64,000 bases of DNA from an uncultured Verrucomicrobiae bacterium (GTDB taxonomy: Bacteria; Verrucomicrobiota; Verrucomicrobiia; Chthoniobacterales; Chthoniobacteraceae). Shown one piece after another: positions 1-10,440 of this stretch. Within the stretch, counting starts at the first letter, position 1. The number at the start of each line of letters is the position of its first letter. A model generated the notes under the pieces. That model was not told where the DNA came from and made no database searches. It saw only the letters and a list, made by a program, of their open reading frames with translations. The DNA lies in the NCBI GenBank assembly GCA_963828525.1, contig CAWHEP010000011.1, forward strand, positions 160,001 through 224,000, in the 5' to 3' direction. Position numbers and translations under genes: made by a program.

Positions 1-455
1 CCTCCGAAGCGGTCGCGAAAGGTTGGAGACCTAGGGCCGTAAATGTCGATCAGTGGCTTTCCACGATCCAGCAACCTGGCTATCGCCTCCTATATAAACA
101 GCAAGGGAGTGAATATTACGCTGCCGTCTTCGTGACGGCGAAGCATGCGCTGGTGGTCGCGACCCAGCCGTTGCGTCCGGATCCCAATGAACCCGGCTAT
201 GGCTCGGAATTCCGGATAGACGCCGCGGATGGGTCGGACGCGGGCGATTGGAAGCGCCGGGTGCCCCTGGAGATCGAATACATCCTCCACGCTGGAAATG
301 GCGCCCAGGGAGACTACTTCGCCGATGCGGGCTGGTTGGTGCCGGTAAGAGGCCGCTCCAGGGGCCCCCTTCATATCGTCATGCAGAAATGGAAAGGGCC
401 GGCACAGCCGCGCTGGACGCTGCTTGACTGCAAGATCTACTGGCCGCCCAGGTAA
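1..455 (+). CDS. hypothetical protein, 5' end outside window
   Basis: The frame of ORF 132..455 stays open back to the window edge (SEAVAKGWRPRAVNVDQWLSTIQQPGYRLLYKQ...). No recognisable family. Confidence 0.5.
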   Translation, partial: SEAVAKGWRPRAVNVDQWLSTIQQPGYRLLYKQQGSEYYAAVFVTAKHALVVATQPLRPDPNEPGYGSEFRIDAADGSDAGDWKRRVPLEIEYILHAGNGAQGDYFADAGWLVPVRGRSRGPLHIVMQKWKGPAQPRWTLLDCKIYWPPR

Positions 456-1828
456 GGGCGCGTTGGCAATGCGCGGCGTGGCGGAATGCCGCGGACGAGC
501 AGGCGGCTAGGACCCAGGGCCAGCTCGTTTAGGGATTTGCCGGAGTCTTTCTGGGAGAGGCCGCGGCGGGCCTCGATGCATTCGGCGAGGAAGCGCGCGT
601 CGCGGGCGACGCCAGAGAAGCGTCCCGAGCCCCACGTATACTGCCATGGAAGGCCCAGGAAATAGACGCCGGGTATGTTGGTGACCCCGCGCTGGTGGCT
701 CGGGTACCCTTTGCCGTCGAAAACGGGGATTTCGATCCATGTGTAATCGGATCGATAGCCCATGCTCCAGATGACGGAAGTGATTCCGGCGGCAGCGTAG
801 TCCAGTTCCAATGGGATGTTTTCCGGCTGCCAGAGGGGCTGGTAGCGTTCTTCCGCCGGGGCGTCGATGCCGTTTGCGACGATGAACTTGTCAATCGTGG
901 TCTTGATGCTTTCGGCGACGTTGTCCGCTTGATCGAGATTTGTTTTCAGATCGTCCGCGAACTCCAGGAGCGGGCCGCGCAGGTCCTTCAATCGTCCATG
1001 GAGTTGCATCCCTTCGACGGCGAACTTGCGGAGGTCGATGTCGCGCCCGCCGTCCCTGCCGGTCACATAATGGTTTGCCTTCGCCCGAACGCGCTCCTTT
1101 AGCGGGTGCTCGTGGACGGGCTTGTCGTAGTAACCCATCTCGTGAAGCCACATGACGACGTCCTTGCCGCGGTAGCGTCGCGCGGTGCGTGGCGCGCCGC
1201 CGACGCAAAGGTGCGTCTTGCGGCCCGCGAGGTGGAGATCCTCGGCGATCTGGCATCCGGATTGGCCGGAGCCGACCACTAGCACCGCTCCGGGTGGCAG
1301 CGAGTCAGGGTTTTTGTAATCGGAGGAATGAATCTGATGCATCGCGGGCGGGAAACGCTCGGCGATGCGCGGGATCGTGGCGACGTGGTAGCCGCCCGTC
1401 GCGACGACGACCTGGTCGGCGGTGAAGTCGCCGCTGCTCGTGTTCAGCTCGAAGGCCCCGGACTCGTGCCGGCGCAGCCTTGAGACCGAGACGCCTTCCT
1501 TCAATGGTGGATCAAACGAGCGGGCATAGGACGCGATGTATTCGACGATCTCTTCCTTCTTCATGAAGCCGTCCGGATCGTTCCCGGAATAGCGGAATCC
1601 GGGAAGCATGCATTGCCAGTTTGGCGTGACCAAGCAGAAGGTGTCCCAGCGTTTGGCGCGCCAGGATTCGGCCAGGCGGTTTTTTTCGAAGATTAGATGA
1701 TGAATGCCCCGTTGCTTGAGGCAATAGCTGAGTGAGAGGCCCGCCTGTCCTCCGCCGACGATGAGAACGGAATAATGCTTCGCTTCTTCCGACGTGGCGG
1801 GTTCCCTGGTTGAGAGATGGTCGTGCAT
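437..1828 (-). CDS. MSMEG_0569 family flavin-dependent oxidoreductase (Nit1C NitH-like)
   Basis: GGGQAG FAD motif, RWDTFCLVTPNWQC, GSGQSGCQIAEDL, WGSGRFSGV. ATG at 1828 overlaps the upstream TGA (TGATG). The true end may be ...LALGS* near 507 if one base is missing. Confidence 0.9.
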   Translation of the reverse strand: MHDHLSTREPATSEEAKHYSVLIVGGGQAGLSLSYCLKQRGIHHLIFEKNRLAESWRAKRWDTFCLVTPNWQCMLPGFRYSGNDPDGFMKKEEIVEYIASYARSFDPPLKEGVSVSRLRRHESGAFELNTSSGDFTADQVVVATGGYHVATIPRIAERFPPAMHQIHSSDYKNPDSLPPGAVLVVGSGQSGCQIAEDLHLAGRKTHLCVGGAPRTARRYRGKDVVMWLHEMGYYDKPVHEHPLKERVRAKANHYVTGRDGGRDIDLRKFAVEGMQLHGRLKDLRGPLLEFADDLKTNLDQADNVAESIKTTIDKFIVANGIDAPAEERYQPLWQPENIPLELDYAAAGITSVIWSMGYRSDYTWIEIPVFDGKGYPSHQRGVTNIPGVYFLGLPWQYTWGSGRFSGVARDARFLAECIEARRGLSQKDSGKSLNELALGPSRLLVRGIPPRRALPTRPYLGGQ

Positions 1829-2103
1829 CAGACGCGAAGAATGCGGATGGTAAAATCCCGGGGGCAATCGCTCGTCCAGCGTTCGATCTCCGCGAGTTGG
1901 GAAGCGGCTGAGCTACACGCAAAACCGAACTTCGCCCGCACCCTTTCCGAAGCAGCGCCGAGGGCCTTGCGACTGCGGGTGACGAATTCCTCGACCGGCA
2001 TTTCATCGCCCGCCGCGAAGTAATCGCGGATGACGGTGGAAGGCGAGTAGCACTCCCTAGTTTCGCCATCGGTGAGTTGGACGGTAAATGTGATTTCGGG
2101 CAT
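1828..2103 (-). CDS. MSMEG_0570 family nitrogen starvation response protein (NitG-like)
   Basis: MPEITFTVQLTDG...CYSPSTVIRDYF...ASERVRAKFGFACSSA signature; cluster context. Confidence 0.9.
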   Translation of the reverse strand: MPEITFTVQLTDGETRECYSPSTVIRDYFAAGDEMPVEEFVTRSRKALGAASERVRAKFGFACSSAASQLAEIERWTSDCPRDFTIRILRV

Positions 2104-2104
2104 A

Positions 2105-3229
2105 TTATTTTTCGAACGCCGAGAGGGTTGAGCACGCGGCGCACCTCGCGCAGCCGGCCTTGACGGTGTCGGATGTCATGCCGGCTTCCCTCAGCCACTG
2201 GCCAAGCGGCTGGAGGATGGCTTGCATGAAGTCGGCGGACGGTGGAGCGTGGTTTGCGAGGGGCGTGCCCCCGACAGGAACGAAGGGGACGACGAAAGGA
2301 TAGACGCCGATGGCGATCAGGACGCGCGAGGCTTCCAGAAGCCCTTCTACGGTGTCGCCCAGTCCGGCGAGCAGATAGGTGCTGACCTGTCCCCGGCCAA
2401 AGACAGCCACTGCCGCGGCGAACGCCTCCAGGTAAAAGCCGAGCGGCACTTCGGCCTTCCCGGGCATGATGACGCGGCGAGTGTCTTCATCCCATGCCTC
2501 GAGATGCATGCCGAGGGTGTCGATGCCCGCGCGGCGCATCCGGCCGAACCATGCGAAGTCGGCAGGCGGTTCGCACTGGCCCTGGATCGGCAGGCCTGTG
2601 CGCTGCTTGATGGCGGCGGCCGCTTCGGCCAGCACAGCGGCGCCGCGGTCATCTGTCGCGGGAGTCCCGGTGGTCATGACGACATTACGGACGCCGTCGA
2701 GGCTCTGGGCGGCAGCGGCGACCTCGGCGAGTTGGGCGGGTGTTTTTTTCGCGATGGTGCGTCCGCCCTTGAGCGATTCGCCGATGGCGCAGAACTGGCA
2801 TCTGGTGGAGCTGTTGCCGTAGCGAACGCAGGTTTGCAGCACCGTCGTCGCGAGCGTGTCGCGCGAATGGAGTTGCGCGATCTTCCAATACGGGATGCCC
2901 TCGGCGGTGCTCAAGCCGTAGAATTTCGGCGGGGGCGGGAACGAGATTTCACAGACCACGTCGTCTCCGTCGCGGAGCACCGAGACGCCGCGCTTATCCG
3001 GCGGAGTGGCGCTGTACGGCGACCAGGCCGCGGAGCGCGTATGCACCGGGGCCATGATCGTCGTGTCGAAAAGGGTGACGGCCTTGTGGTCGGTCGGCCC
3101 CGCGCCGCCTACGCGGCTGGGCGCGCCAGCACTGGCATCCAGCAGCCGCAGGCCCCGCGTCTGGATCTCAGTGAGCAGGAACTGCTTCTTCGCTAGCAGC
3201 GCCGTTGAGAATTCGGCTGTTGTCGTCAT
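2105..3229 (-). CDS. MSMEG_0568 family radical SAM protein (NitD-like)
   Basis: [12 protein letters not shown]...CQFCAIG Fe-S motif, [12 protein letters not shown]-terminal [10 protein letters not shown]. Confidence 0.92.
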   Translation of the reverse strand: MTTTAEFSTALLAKKQFLLTEIQTRGLRLLDASAGAPSRVGGAGPTDHKAVTLFDTTIMAPVHTRSAAWSPYSATPPDKRGVSVLRDGDDVVCEISFPPPPKFYGLSTAEGIPYWKIAQLHSRDTLATTVLQTCVRYGNSSTRCQFCAIGESLKGGRTIAKKTPAQLAEVAAAAQSLDGVRNVVMTTGTPATDDRGAAVLAEAAAAIKQRTGLPIQGQCEPPADFAWFGRMRRAGIDTLGMHLEAWDEDTRRVIMPGKAEVPLGFYLEAFAAAVAVFGRGQVSTYLLAGLGDTVEGLLEASRVLIAIGVYPFVVPFVPVGGTPLANHAPPSADFMQAILQPLGQWLREAGMTSDTVKAGCARCAACSTLSAFEK

Positions 3230-4186
3230 ACGTTTCAGAGTGCCTGCTTTGCGCGGGCTGCGCCGCTTTCGTCCGGACGTGCGACCGCGCCTCGCGGTCA
3301 ATGAGAAGAGTAAAAATATCCGGGCGCGCGTAATGGCCGCAGGAGTCCATCATCCGTTTTCGCTTCGTCAGCAAAGCGGGGTCCAGTTCAGCGATTGCCA
3401 TGCCTTCGCCTTCGGTGATGGGATCACAGAGCGGCGCGCCTTCGGGCGAGATGATCGCGGTGTAGCAGCCGCCGCGCAGAGTCTTCCTCAGCTTCTCGTC
3501 GGGTGTGATCGATTCGACGTGGTCGTCGGTAAGCCAGCCGGTGGCGTTGACCACGAAGCAGCCGGCCTCAAGGGCGTGATGGCGGATTGTCACCTCGATC
3601 TGGTCGGCAAAAATCTGGCCCACCATGGATCCCGGGAACTGCGCGCAATGGATTTCCTCGCCGTCTTCCATGAGGGCGAAGCGCGCGAGTGGGTTGTAGT
3701 GCTCCCAGCACGCGAGCGCGCCGAGGCGGCCGACGGCGGTATCGACCGCGCGGATACCGCTGCCGTCGCCTTGGCCCCAGATCATCCGTTCATGATACGT
3801 AGGCGTGATCTTCCGGCGCTTGAGCGCGAGCGAGCCGTCGGCGTCGAAAATCAGTTGCGCGTTATAGAGGCTGCCGCCTTCGCGTTCGTTCACTCCGACC
3901 ACCAGCACCATCCGGTGCCGTTTTGCTGTCTCGGCGAGCCGCGCCGTGACAGGCCCGGGTACCTCGACGGCATGGCCGTAGAGCCGGAGATGCTCCTTGC
4001 CGGAGAGGGCAGGCGGGGCAACGAAGGAGAAGTAGGGGTAGTAAGGAATGAACGTCTCCGGAAAGACGGCAAGCTCCACGCCCTGGGCAGCGGCGCGATC
4101 GGCGGCTTCGCACACTTTGTCGAGTGTGCCGGCGCCCCCGCGAGATCGGGAGCGATCTGGATTGCCGCTGCCTTGATCCGCTTCAT
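3168..4186 (-). CDS. Nit6803 family nitrilase (NitC-like), frameshift near 4135-4140
   Basis: N-terminus [15 protein letters not shown] in ORF 3890..4186 continues in ORF 3168..4355 with [13 protein letters not shown] (E), [11 protein letters not shown] (K) and [10 protein letters not shown] (C). The shift lies at a G/C homopolymer. Confidence 0.9.
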
Positions 4187-4737
4187 TCGAAAACGCTCGC
4201 GCCCTTACACGTCCAGGAATCGATAATGACCGCGCCCGCTTTTTTGTGCATGAGGATGACGTCGAGCACGTCGAGCGGGTTGATCGGAATGATGCCTGGC
4301 AAAAAGGCTTTCTCGGTCTGGCCGTAGAGCGCCTGGGTTGAAAAGCGGCAGCCATAGATTTTGCCGCCCTCTTCCATGAATTTCAGGAGCCGGGTGTTGA
4401 CAAAAAGGTGACCGGGGAAAGCTTCGTCCCCGAGGGTCGGAAAGCCTTTCTGGAAGCCCATGGTAACGCCCGGGCCGTAAAGGAGAATGGAGGTCTCGTA
4501 TCCCTTCCGCTGGAGCCGGGTGGCGGTAAGCGTGTTGACGATGGAGATCGAACCCTCGAAGGCGATGGTGTGGAAGGTGACCAGGGCCTTTTCGCCGGGG
4601 TCCGCTTTGATGTCCGGGAAAACTTTCTCTTCGTAATCGACCAGGAAATCTCCGGCCTTGTTCATTTCTCTCTCGAGCTTGGGCATAGTCTTGCTTTCTG
4701 TAGTTGTTGTTTCTGTTTTCGCCGGAGCGTTAAGCAT
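4183..4737 (-). CDS. MSMEG_0572/Sll0783 family DsrE-like protein (NitB-like)
   Basis: [51 protein letters not shown] signature. Confidence 0.9.
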   Translation of the reverse strand: MLNAPAKTETTTTESKTMPKLEREMNKAGDFLVDYEEKVFPDIKADPGEKALVTFHTIAFEGSISIVNTLTATRLQRKGYETSILLYGPGVTMGFQKGFPTLGDEAFPGHLFVNTRLLKFMEEGGKIYGCRFSTQALYGQTEKAFLPGIIPINPLDVLDVILMHKKAGAVIIDSWTCKGASVFE

Positions 4738-4771
4738 GGGTTGAACCGCGGCGGGTATGGGCGCGAAGGTT

Positions 4772-4795
4772 TGTTGCGCATATCGTTGCGCAACA
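4772..4795. promoter_or_regulatory. candidate LacI-type operator in the divergent nitB/lacI promoter
   Basis: TGTTGCGCA-tatcgt-TGCGCAACA inverted repeat containing the palindrome GTTGCGCAAC (4785-4794). Confidence 0.55.
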
Positions 4796-4854
4796 GATGG
4801 AAAATGTTTAGTTCAGGCGAAGTCAGGTGACCGTCTCCTGTTTAAAAAGCGCCG

Positions 4855-5955
4855 ATGGAACAAATACAGACAGTGCGGATGGCGCAAATTGCGCAAAAGC
4901 TTGGCGTGGCGACTTCTACTATTTCGCGCGCCTTGCGGGGCAATCCGCGAATAGGCGAGGAGATGCGAAAATCAGTCGCGGAGACGGCGCGGAAGCTCGG
5001 GTATCGACCGAATCCTCTGGTCAGCGCGCTCATGGCAAACCGTCGGCGGCGGGGAGGGAAGGGGGAGGTGGACGTCATAGCGCTCGTCACCAGCTACGGG
5101 GGCAGGCACGACTGGCGGGCGAAGGAGGTGTGCCGCTGGGAGTTTGACGGCATCCAGCGCCGGGCATCCGCCTTGGGCTTTGGCATCGAGGTTTTTCCGC
5201 TTCCCGACTACCGCGGTGACGCGAGCCGGCTGGAGGCTACTTTGCGGGCGCGCGGCATCCGTGGGGTATTGATGGGGTTTTCGCGTGAAGAAGCGGGAGA
5301 CGTGTCCTTCCGGCCCGACGGTTTCGCCATTGCGGGACTGAGCGGGTATTTCCGTTCAGCAGTGCTGGATCGCGCGAATTTCCACGGCTTTTTCAACGTG
5401 CAACTCGCGCTCGAACAGATGGCGCGTCTGGGGTATCGGCGTCCGGGGTTGGTAGTGCCCGAGTTGAGCAATCAGCTCTCGAACAACCACTGGTCCGGCG
5501 CTTTCCTGGACTGGCAGCGCCGCCTGCCGGAAGGGGATCGTTGCGAGCCGTTCATCCCGGCGGGCGAACCGGACGCGGCTGAGTTTAACAAATGGCTGGA
5601 CCGCAATCGCCCGGACGCGCTGCTCGTTTACAAGATAACGGCGCGCGGGTTCCTCGCCCGGCGGGGGTTGCGCGTGCCAAACGACATCGGACTGGCTTAT
5701 CTGTACCGCACCTCGCATGAGATTGACGCCGCCGCAGGGATCGACGGAAACCTTTCTTCGGTGGGCGCGGCGGCGGTGGAACTGGTGGTCGAGAAGCTCA
5801 ACACCAACAGCCTCGGCGTAAGCGATCACACGAAAGAAGTGCTCATCAAGGGCTCGTGGCATGACGGCCCTACGCTTCCCGCGCGCGCGAGTCCTTCGCG
5901 CGAAACGGCTGCCGCGCAGAGCCGTAGCAAAGCACGAGGGAAGGCTCGGCGGTGA
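4855..5955 (+). CDS. LacI family transcriptional regulator (Verrucomicrobia type)
   Basis: IAQKLGVATSTISRALR...LGYRPNPLVSALMA HTH; C-terminal periplasmic-binding-protein-like domain ending LIKGSWHDGPTL. Confidence 0.9.
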   Translation: MEQIQTVRMAQIAQKLGVATSTISRALRGNPRIGEEMRKSVAETARKLGYRPNPLVSALMANRRRRGGKGEVDVIALVTSYGGRHDWRAKEVCRWEFDGIQRRASALGFGIEVFPLPDYRGDASRLEATLRARGIRGVLMGFSREEAGDVSFRPDGFAIAGLSGYFRSAVLDRANFHGFFNVQLALEQMARLGYRRPGLVVPELSNQLSNNHWSGAFLDWQRRLPEGDRCEPFIPAGEPDAAEFNKWLDRNRPDALLVYKITARGFLARRGLRVPNDIGLAYLYRTSHEIDAAAGIDGNLSSVGAAAVELVVEKLNTNSLGVSDHTKEVLIKGSWHDGPTLPARASPSRETAAAQSRSKARGKARR

Positions 5956-6829
5956 CGCGGCCCACCTTAGCGCAGGCGATTTCGCGTTCAGTGAAGACAG
6001 CCAAGACATCCGCGCTGTGAGCCGGGTTCACGCTCAGGAGAAAGCCGAAGCTGGGAAAGGAAATGAGCCAGCGGGAGAGGTCGGCATCCGCGGGTTTTGG
6101 CACCCGATCCAGCCAGAGCTCGGCGCCGCTCCCAGAGCATCTGAGCAGCATCGCCGCGGTGCCGATAAGGCCGCCATTACTGATGTCCTTTCCAGCGCGG
6201 CACCAGCCCCGCCGGGCAATCTCGGGCAGCAGGCGCAGGTCGGCTCGCAACCGGTCGTGAGGCGCTTCGGTGCTGGCGTTCCAAAACGGTTTCTGCCGCC
6301 GATAAGCTCCTCGCAGGTCGATGGCCGCCAGCAGGTCGTCACCGGGCAAGGCGTCGAAGCTCGTGATCAAATGCTCGGCTTTCCCGAGAACTGCCGCAGC
6401 GAGGAAAGGCCCGCTGGATTTTGTCAGGGTCGTATGACCGCCGACAATGGGCACGTCGTAAGCGCGAGAGGCCGCGGCCATCCCATCCCAGATTTCAGCG
6501 GAGGCGGCATGGCTGGGCGTCCAGAGGACATCGACCACCGCCATCGGGCGGCCGCCCATTGCCGCCACATCGCTGATATTCACCATCACGCTCGAATAGC
6601 CGGCGAACCACGGATCGACTGCGACGAACGACTCGATCATTCCTTCGGCGGCGAATAGTAAAAATCCGCCGTTGTCGGGGATCGCCGCGCAGTCGTCTCC
6701 CACGCGCGAGTGCCCGGCAAGCGCAATCGCTGGCGCGTATGCCTCGTGGATCGCCGCCTTCTCCGCGACCGCCGCGTTCGCTTCGAGAAAAGAGACCAGC
6801 GCCGCGAGGGTTGCCGGATCGTCGGGCAT
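5870..6829 (-). CDS. Sll0787 family AIR synthase-like protein (NitF-like)
   Basis: VGDDCAAIPD, VMVNISDVAAMGGRP, VPIVGGHT, GKDISNGG, FPSFGFLL. Confidence 0.9.
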   Translation of the reverse strand: MPDDPATLAALVSFLEANAAVAEKAAIHEAYAPAIALAGHSRVGDDCAAIPDNGGFLLFAAEGMIESFVAVDPWFAGYSSVMVNISDVAAMGGRPMAVVDVLWTPSHAASAEIWDGMAAASRAYDVPIVGGHTTLTKSSGPFLAAAVLGKAEHLITSFDALPGDDLLAAIDLRGAYRRQKPFWNASTEAPHDRLRADLRLLPEIARRGWCRAGKDISNGGLIGTAAMLLRCSGSGAELWLDRVPKPADADLSRWLISFPSFGFLLSVNPAHSADVLAVFTEREIACAKVGRVTAEPSLVLCYGSARQPFRAKDSRAREA

Positions 6830-6834
6830 CGCCT

Positions 6835-7401
6835 CTAAAAGACGCTTGCCGCCGCGCGATAATGATTGAGGTCGGCGCGCATTTTTACATGAGGGAGACC
6901 GTGGAGCTCGATCTCCTCCAGCGGTTGCCAGTGGAGACGCTGGAAGAAGCGCGCGTTTTGGTGCTGCACAGTTGCCAGGAACTCGTGACAGCCTAGCGCG
7001 TGCGCGGTGGAGACGGCCTTGAAAATAAGGCCCGCCCCCAGAGCGCCGAGGCCGCGATAAACCGGCAGCCGGTTTCTCTGCGCCACGCCCGGGCTCAGCT
7101 TCTTCACGCTCCGAAACCGCGCGTCCACGCATAGCCTGCTCCCGTGCCAGACGCCCGGCCCGCGTTCGTCGATCCGCACAGCGCCCACGACTGAATCCTC
7201 CATCCCGGCGATGAGCGATTCGCATATGATAGGAATGGCCAGCTCGTCCACCGCGTCCTGATCGCTCCCCTCAAAGATGGACTGCTCCTTGCAAAACACC
7301 GCCGCGCGCAGCGCCCAATAGCCCTCCAACTCTCGAGGCATCCGCGCGATTTTAAAGAGAAAGTCCTGCGGTTTGGATTCCTGAAACGGATCGAAGATCA
7401 T
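6835..7401 (-). CDS. MSMEG_0567/Sll0786 family GNAT acetyltransferase (NitE-like)
   Basis: VFCKEQSIF, WHGSRLCV, AVSTAHALGCHEFLATVQHQN...FFQRLHW. Confidence 0.9.
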   Translation of the reverse strand: MIFDPFQESKPQDFLFKIARMPRELEGYWALRAAVFCKEQSIFEGSDQDAVDELAIPIICESLIAGMEDSVVGAVRIDERGPGVWHGSRLCVDARFRSVKKLSPGVAQRNRLPVYRGLGALGAGLIFKAVSTAHALGCHEFLATVQHQNARFFQRLHWQPLEEIELHGLPHVKMRADLNHYRAAASVF

Positions 7402-7512
7402 GCCGGTTGCCCCGACAGCATTACGGATGCCAGACAGACGCCCTGGCGCCCAATGTGGCGATCTTAAAAGCCAAGGGGGACGGAGGGCTCGGCACAAAGC
7501 CTCCGCAGCCGG

Positions 7513-10440
7513 CTATTTCGCGTAAACCTCAAACTGGGAAATCTGGTAACCGTATCGGCCTCCATCTGTCGCAATCATCCGAACATAACGCCCTTTGCCG
7601 GCGAGACCGCTGAGGTTATCCAGACCGCCATGACCTTTGGTGGTCTGGTAAACGGGCGTCCAGGTATGCGCGTCGTCGGAGACCTGAACCGCGTAGCTTT
7701 TCGGGAAGCCTTCTCCCTCCCACCCGATTTTAACGCGGCTAAACGTAGCGCTGCTGCCCAGATCGACGCAGAGCCACTCCGGCTGGGGGGTCTTCGAGCG
7801 CGAGTGCCAGGAGGTTAGGATGTCGCCATCGACGGCGTTCTCGGGGGCGGCCTCCGTCTGCGATGATGATGCCGTTACCGGCCGGGCGAGCGCCAGATTC
7901 GCCGGGTCTGGTGGGGGCGGAGTCATCTTGGGCGCGTTGTTCCAGCACTCCACCGCCAGGGCGGCATCCTTCCCGTCGGCGCTCGCGCGGTCATACTGAA
8001 TGGTCAGATGCTTTGTTTCGCCGGGCAGGAGCGAAAAGTAGCCGTCATTCATGAAGACCGGCAGAACCTGCTCGTCGGTGCCTGCCTTGACGACCTTTGG
8101 CCGGATGGCCAGGGCGACCGTCCTCGAACCAGCCGGGTTGGTGATGTCGGCTGTCATTGTTTCTGCGTCGTTTTCGTGGCGCAAGGTAGAGGAGACGGCT
8201 AGCTTGACGGGCGGCAGGTTTTTCAAGTCGGCGTAGTGCTCGTGGGTCGTTCCGCGCCAGTAGAAGTTTTCGGACACCGTGGTTCCCTTCGCGTCCCTGA
8301 GCTTCAGCTTGACGAAATGGACAGACGAAAGGCCCTCGGGAAACGTTAATTGGAAGCAATCCGCCACAGCATCGGGCTTGGAAGAGATTGGGACGGAGCG
8401 GGAAAATTTCTGCGCGCCGTCCGCATTATAGATCGCGGCTTCGGCGGTGAGACCCGGAGCTTCCCTGCCCGAAGTGTTGACGACCCGGATGCGGTCGTCC
8501 AATTGGTTCCAGTAGATATGGACCGGCTCGCAGGCCGTTTTCGCCCCCCAGTAGGCTCCGGTGGTATCGAAGTAATAATCATAGGTCTGCCATACAAACG
8601 AAGGATAGGCGGACTGGCTCATCCAGATCAACACGCCGCCAGCGGTGTTGTCACTGTGATCAAGCCAGCTTTCATACAGCGTCTTCATGGTCTCCAGGTT
8701 CAACAGTTGCGCCTTGCGGCAATAATCCTCGATGCCTGCCGCCCGCCCGTATCGGAGGCTGATGGAGTTGTTGTATTCGACCGGTCCCGCGTTGCTTGCC
8801 TGGGCGCCGAAGAAATGCTGGTTCCACATCTCGTCCGGCGGCCACGCATCGGCGGGGGGCATGAACTTCTTGAAGCTGTCGTACGAGGTAAACGTCGCGG
8901 TGCCCGCCTCGCTGTGCATCCCGTAGTTCCCATGGCGCTGATAGTACGCCTTCAGGTCCAGGTTGCGGTATGGACCGCTCCCGCTCACGCCGCCGGTATT
9001 GGACTGCGGCTGATAGCGGCGGTCGCCCGCGTCGTAGGTTTGGATGTCCGCGCGCAGCCAGTCGTTCAGGGGTTCGGTCGGTGTATTTTCATTTTCGCCG
9101 CACCACAGGGCGACGGAAGCGTGGTTGCGGACCTGCTTGATCTTCTCGATGGCGTTGGCCCGGAACACCTCCAGGTTGGAAGGCAAGCCGCGCGTGGAAT
9201 GGAGCCAGAAGTCGTCCCAGACCATCACGCCGTTGCGGTCGCAGGCATCGTAAAAGGCTTCGTCGGTCGTCATGCCGATCCAATTACGGATCATGTTGAA
9301 ATTCATTTCCTTGTGGAAACGCAGGCGGGTGTCGTAGTCCCGGCCTCGGCAGCGCAGCATGAACTCCGCCATGCCCCAGTTGCCGCCTTTCGCGAACACG
9401 CGGACGCCGTTGACGTAAAAGTTCAGCACCTTCTTGGACGTGTCGTAGGTGTACTTGTGGACGCCGAACGTGGTCGTTTTCGTGTCAGAAACGCCGCCGC
9501 CGATCTGGAAATCCAGCTGGCACGTATACAGGTTAGGGTCACCGTAGCCGTTGGGCCACCAGAGCCGGGGATGCGTGAGGCGCAGCGCCGGGACCGAGGA
9601 CGGGTCCAGCTTGACGGTTTTCGTCTCGTTCGGCCCCAGTGTCACCGGTTGGGAAAACGCGATCTCTCCCGGAGAGAGGACGCCTTTCAACACGCCGCTG
9701 ACCGCCGCGCCGGAGTGGTTTTGCGCTTCGACCTGGATGGAAACATCGGCCTGCGAGGGATTGGGCACCTCAGTGCGAATCCACGGATCGACGAGCGAAA
9801 CGTCTCCGGTATTAGTGAGCCGCACACTGCGATGGATGCCCATGTTGTATCCAGCGACCTTGGGCATCCAGTCCCAGCCGGTGCTGCAAATAAACGACGG
9901 GCTTGTCACGTTGGCATTCCTGCTCTTGTCGTTTTCCCCAGGGAAGTAATCCAGCACGGCCAGCGCGTTCGTTGCCCCTGGTTTTACCAACCCCGTCACG
10001 TCAAAGCGGCCGCGCTGCACGAAGCCGTGGATGGACCCGAGGTTCTTGCCGTTGAGGTAAATGTCGGCGTCCTTGTTCACGCCGTCTAATTCGAGCCAGG
10101 TCCGGCCGGAGGTGAAAGCCGCCGGGCTCTTGAATTCGGTTCGATACCAGAAATTCCGGTCGTATTTTTTCTTGTCGATCTTGTATGCGTTATCGCCGTA
10201 CGTCGGTTCTTTCTCAATCCCGGCCGTAACGTAGTCCTCCAGCACTGTTCCCGGCACTTTTGCCTTCACCCACTTGTCCGCGGCGAAACCAGGCGCGGAG
10301 ATTAGCTCTCCGGCGGCGCTGACTTCAGCCTGCGGCGCGACCGCCCACCCGTCACCATCGAGCGTCACAGGCGCCGCCGCCGCGTAAGTGAGCACGGGGA
10401 GGCAGAGCGATGCCGCAAGGGTCATGAACGTCTTTTGCAA
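7513..10440 (-). CDS. secreted GH2 glycoside hydrolase (beta-mannosidase/exo-beta-glucosaminidase-like) with C-terminal F5/8 (CBM32) domain
   Basis: Signal peptide, GWDWMP, LWWPNGYG, KGGNWG, NMIRNWIG, WCGENE; C-terminal NLALARPVTASS...WLCVDLG...GRYVRM. Confidence 0.85.
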   Translation of the reverse strand: MQKTFMTLAASLCLPVLTYAAAAPVTLDGDGWAVAPQAEVSAAGELISAPGFAADKWVKAKVPGTVLEDYVTAGIEKEPTYGDNAYKIDKKKYDRNFWYRTEFKSPAAFTSGRTWLELDGVNKDADIYLNGKNLGSIHGFVQRGRFDVTGLVKPGATNALAVLDYFPGENDKSRNANVTSPSFICSTGWDWMPKVAGYNMGIHRSVRLTNTGDVSLVDPWIRTEVPNPSQADVSIQVEAQNHSGAAVSGVLKGVLSPGEIAFSQPVTLGPNETKTVKLDPSSVPALRLTHPRLWWPNGYGDPNLYTCQLDFQIGGGVSDTKTTTFGVHKYTYDTSKKVLNFYVNGVRVFAKGGNWGMAEFMLRCRGRDYDTRLRFHKEMNFNMIRNWIGMTTDEAFYDACDRNGVMVWDDFWLHSTRGLPSNLEVFRANAIEKIKQVRNHASVALWCGENENTPTEPLNDWLRADIQTYDAGDRRYQPQSNTGGVSGSGPYRNLDLKAYYQRHGNYGMHSEAGTATFTSYDSFKKFMPPADAWPPDEMWNQHFFGAQASNAGPVEYNNSISLRYGRAAGIEDYCRKAQLLNLETMKTLYESWLDHSDNTAGGVLIWMSQSAYPSFVWQTYDYYFDTTGAYWGAKTACEPVHIYWNQLDDRIRVVNTSGREAPGLTAEAAIYNADGAQKFSRSVPISSKPDAVADCFQLTFPEGLSSVHFVKLKLRDAKGTTVSENFYWRGTTHEHYADLKNLPPVKLAVSSTLRHENDAETMTADITNPAGSRTVALAIRPKVVKAGTDEQVLPVFMNDGYFSLLPGETKHLTIQYDRASADGKDAALAVECWNNAPKMTPPPPDPANLALARPVTASSSQTEAAPENAVDGDILTSWHSRSKTPQPEWLCVDLGSSATFSRVKIGWEGEGFPKSYAVQVSDDAHTWTPVYQTTKGHGGLDNLSGLAGKGRYVRMIATDGGRYGYQISQFEVYAK

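Noticed and set aside
8350..10089. Long antisense ORFs (e.g. 8350..10089, 3006..4226, 2222..3196, 59670..60515)
   Set aside because: Shadow ORFs opposite well-supported genes in high-GC DNA; no family motifs.
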